Below, piece after piece: positions 61,748 through 64,000 of a stretch of DNA of 64,000 nt. This DNA comes from Myxococcota bacterium (GTDB lineage: Bacteria > Myxococcota_A > UBA9160 > SZUA-336). The notes under the pieces were generated by a model, which saw only the letters and a list, made by a program, of their open reading frames with translations, had not been told where the DNA came from and did no database searches. The stretch spans positions 229,134 to 293,133 of the forward strand of contig JBBDXF010000038.1 in the NCBI GenBank assembly GCA_040902485.1, given 5' to 3'. The translations under genes were made by a program, and so were the position numbers. Positions within the stretch are counted from its first letter, which is position 1. Each line of letters starts with the position of its first letter.

Positions 61748-62584
61748 ATGTCGGAACGCCTGTCGGAACGCCTGTCGGAACGAGTACAGATCGATCTCAA
61801 GGATGGCGTCGCGGACGTGCGCATGATCCGCACCGACAAAATGAACGCGATCGACAATGCGATGTTCGAGGCGCTGGTCGAGGCAGGCAAGCTGCTGTGC
61901 GCCGATCCGTCCGTGCGCGCGGTCGTGCTCTCGGGCGAGGGCCGCGCCTTCTGCGCTGGCCTCGACATGACGAGCTTCGCGGCCATGGCCGGCCCCCCGC
62001 GTTCGGGCGAGGCGCCTGTGCAGAACCTGTTCGAGCGCGGCCCGAGCGGCGCCAACCGCGCGCAGCTGGCCGCCTGGATCTGGCAGGAAGTGCCCGTACC
62101 GGTGATCGCTGCCGTACACGGCGTGGCGTATGGCGGCGGCCTGCAGATCGCGCTCGGCGCCGACCTGCGCATCGTCGCGCCCGACGCGCGCATGTCCGTC
62201 ATGGAAGTGAAGTGGGGCCTGATCCCCGACATGTCCGCGAGCCAGACACTGCGCCGGCTGGTGCCGATCGACGTGGCGATGGAGCTGACCTTCACCGGCC
62301 GCGTGTTCTCGGGCACCGAGGCGAAGGAGCTCGGCCTCGCGACGCGGCTCTCCGAGACCCCGCTCCAGGACGCGCTGGCGCTGGCCGCCGACATCGCCAG
62401 CAAGAGCCCCGACGCGATCCGCGCCGCCAAGCGCCTGTTCGAGGAGAGCTGGCACGCGCCGACCCCGGACGGCCTGCGCCTCGAAGAGGGCCTGCAGCGC
62501 AGCCTGATCGGCAAGCCCAACCAGGTCGAGTCGGTGAAGGCGAACTTCGAGAAGCGCGCGGCGAGGTTTCAGGATCGTTCCTAG
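61748..62584 (+). CDS. enoyl-CoA hydratase/isomerase (crotonase) family protein
   Basis: ...AVVLSGEGRAFCAGLDM...AAVHGVAYGGGLQIALGADLRIV.... The N-terminus carries a SERL-SERL-SER tandem repeat. Confidence 0.85.
   Translation: MSERLSERLSERVQIDLKDGVADVRMIRTDKMNAIDNAMFEALVEAGKLLCADPSVRAVVLSGEGRAFCAGLDMTSFAAMAGPPRSGEAPVQNLFERGPSGANRAQLAAWIWQEVPVPVIAAVHGVAYGGGLQIALGADLRIVAPDARMSVMEVKWGLIPDMSASQTLRRLVPIDVAMELTFTGRVFSGTEAKELGLATRLSETPLQDALALAADIASKSPDAIRAAKRLFEESWHAPTPDGLRLEEGLQRSLIGKPNQVESVKANFEKRAARFQDRS
61751..61785 (+). repeat. 12-nt tandem repeat GTCGGAACGCCT x ~2.8 inside the crotonase N-terminus
   Basis: tcggaacgcctgtcggaacgcctgtcggaacga encodes SERLSERLSER. Confidence 0.7.
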
Positions 62585-62689
62585 CCGCATCCGAGCGAGC
62601 TTCCTCGTGCATGCCTTCCGCGCCGGCCAATACTTCGTCGCCGAACAGTTTCACGCTCGAGCCGCCGTATCGGGTGCCCGTGGAGCGGA

Positions 62690-64000
62690 TGAGATGCGCC
62701 TCTTCGCTGATCGCACTGCTCGCGCTGATACTGCCGGCCTGCGGCTGCGGTAGCGGCGGCGGCGGGTCGTCGTCGAACTCCACGCCGAACATCTTGTTCG
62801 TGATCATGGACGACGTCGGCATGGATCAGATGGAGGTATTCGGCTACGGCGGCGAAACCGCCGCGAGCACACCGAACATCGCCGACATCGCGCAGGCCGG
62901 GATCCGCTTCCGGAATACCTGGTCGATGCCGGCCTGCTCGACCAGTCGCGCGGTCTTCTTCGAGGCGCGCTATCCGCTGCGCACGAACGTGAAGGGCGCG
63001 CTCGGCCCCGACGACCTGGCCAACTCGATGGTGTCTCCGTACGAAGTGACCGTGCCGAAGCTGCTGGCGCAGCAGGGCTACGACAACGCGATCTTCGGAA
63101 AATTTCACCTCGGGCTGCAGGGGCACGACCCCGCCGGCTACGGGATGCCGTACCAGCTGGGCTGGGACTTCTTCGCGGGCTGGCTCGACGCGACGGGAGA
63201 TCCGTCGTCGATCGACAAGACGGCCGGCGGTGTGGCACCGGTCGGTGTCTCCTACGAGTGTGGCTTCGTGCCCGCAGCGAGTGAGGGCGGCGCCGACTCC
63301 GGCGCATGCTATCTCGCCGACGCCTCGTGCCTCGAGCTCGGCAGCAGCGGACTCGTCCCGCCGGGCCGCAGCTGCCGGGATCAGGGCGGAATCCTCGACC
63401 CGAATCAAAGCTGCCAGACGCCGATGCCCGACGACCTCGACTTCGACGTGCTGAGCGGACACTTCGTCTCGCCGCTGGTCTACAACCGTCCGGACGGCTC
63501 GATCGAGGTGGTGCCGGCGTCCGACCCGCGCGCGCGCCGCTTCCGCGCCACGTTCGCCGTCGACGAGGCAATCGGCTGGATCAACGCGCGACCGGCGGGT
63601 CGACCCTGGATGGCGACGGTCAGCTTCGCGTCGGGTCACACGCCCCTCATGCAGCCGCCGGTCGACGATGCGCTGCCGGATAGCCGGGAGATCAGCTCGC
63701 TCGACTGCGCAGACCCGCTCGCGCAACGCATCCTGTCTGACAAGATGATCGAGTCACTCGATCTCGAGATCGGCCGCTTGCTGGTCGACACCGGGCTCGC
63801 CGAAGGCGGCCCGGACGGCCGCCTCCTGTACCTCCCGAGCCAGAGCGACACGATGGTGATCCTGCTCGGCGACAACGGCAGTCTCGGCAACACCGTGAAG
63901 CTGCCCTTCCAGCCCTCGCGCGCGAAGGGCACGGCCTACCAGACGGGCGTCTGGGTCCCGCTGGTGATCGCCGGGCCGCTCGTCCAGCAGCCCGGCCGTG
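62690..64000 (+). CDS. sulfatase-like (alkaline-phosphatase superfamily) lipoprotein, 3'-truncated by the window edge
   Basis: MRCASSLIALLALILPACGCGS lipobox. ...NILFVIMDDVGMDQMEVFGYGG...MPACSTSRAVFFEARYP... is sulfatase-like, although position 3 of the C-x-P-x-R motif is Thr. Confidence 0.7.

Overview
This is a 64 kb high-GC (~70%) chromosomal segment. The gene content points to a myxobacterium-like or deltaproteobacterium-like organism: a TPR-linked eukaryotic-type Ser/Thr kinase, an FHA protein, many lipoproteins, and the phosphoketolase pair ackA/xfp. Most long overlapping ORFs in the supplied six-frame track are GC-driven artefacts, so I called genes from recognisable protein families plus start/RBS context, about 50 CDS in total. 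Coordinates of hand-placed starts may be off by 1–3 nt.

Clear housekeeping genes:
- groES-groEL
- glutamine-dependent NAD+ synthetase nadE
- amtB-glnK, preceded by a sigma-54-like promoter
- ackA-xfp, divergent from an alpha-glucan phosphorylase
- ileS
- rph-rdgB
- an acyl-CoA dehydrogenase fragment at the 5' edge

Two minus-strand tRNAs are present, tRNA-Arg(TCT) and tRNA-Pro(TGG). No CRISPR arrays, transposases or integrases were seen.

The most unusual features:
- A duplicated module in which each of two paralogous lipoproteins (HslJ/META-like and NlpE-N-like) is followed by a conserved 31–34 aa Met/His/Trp-rich hydrophobic peptide with its own RBS; GC-rich hairpins flank the module.
- A TPP-enzyme homologue whose catalytic Glu and GDG..NN motif appear degenerate. 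It sits next to a 72-aa ORF, an AraC regulator and a D-aminoacylase.
- A receptor Ser/Thr kinase with inverted architecture: periplasmic TPR sensor, one TM helix, and a C-terminal kinase domain.
- An MlaA/VacJ–alpha/beta-hydrolase fusion lipoprotein.
- A periplasmic PheC-like binding-protein–chorismate mutase fusion.
- A nine-gene minus-strand run starting with a TetR regulator: a Lol-like exporter core (LolA-like protein, two FtsX permeases, ATPase, dedicated outer-membrane beta-barrel) followed by three accessory genes.
- A 1037-aa secreted ankyrin-repeat protein sitting directly downstream of a STAS-MlaE/MlaF/MCE/PqiC-like ABC system.
- A compositionally atypical (~58–60% GC) secreted-protein gene in the 3' flank of tRNA-Pro.
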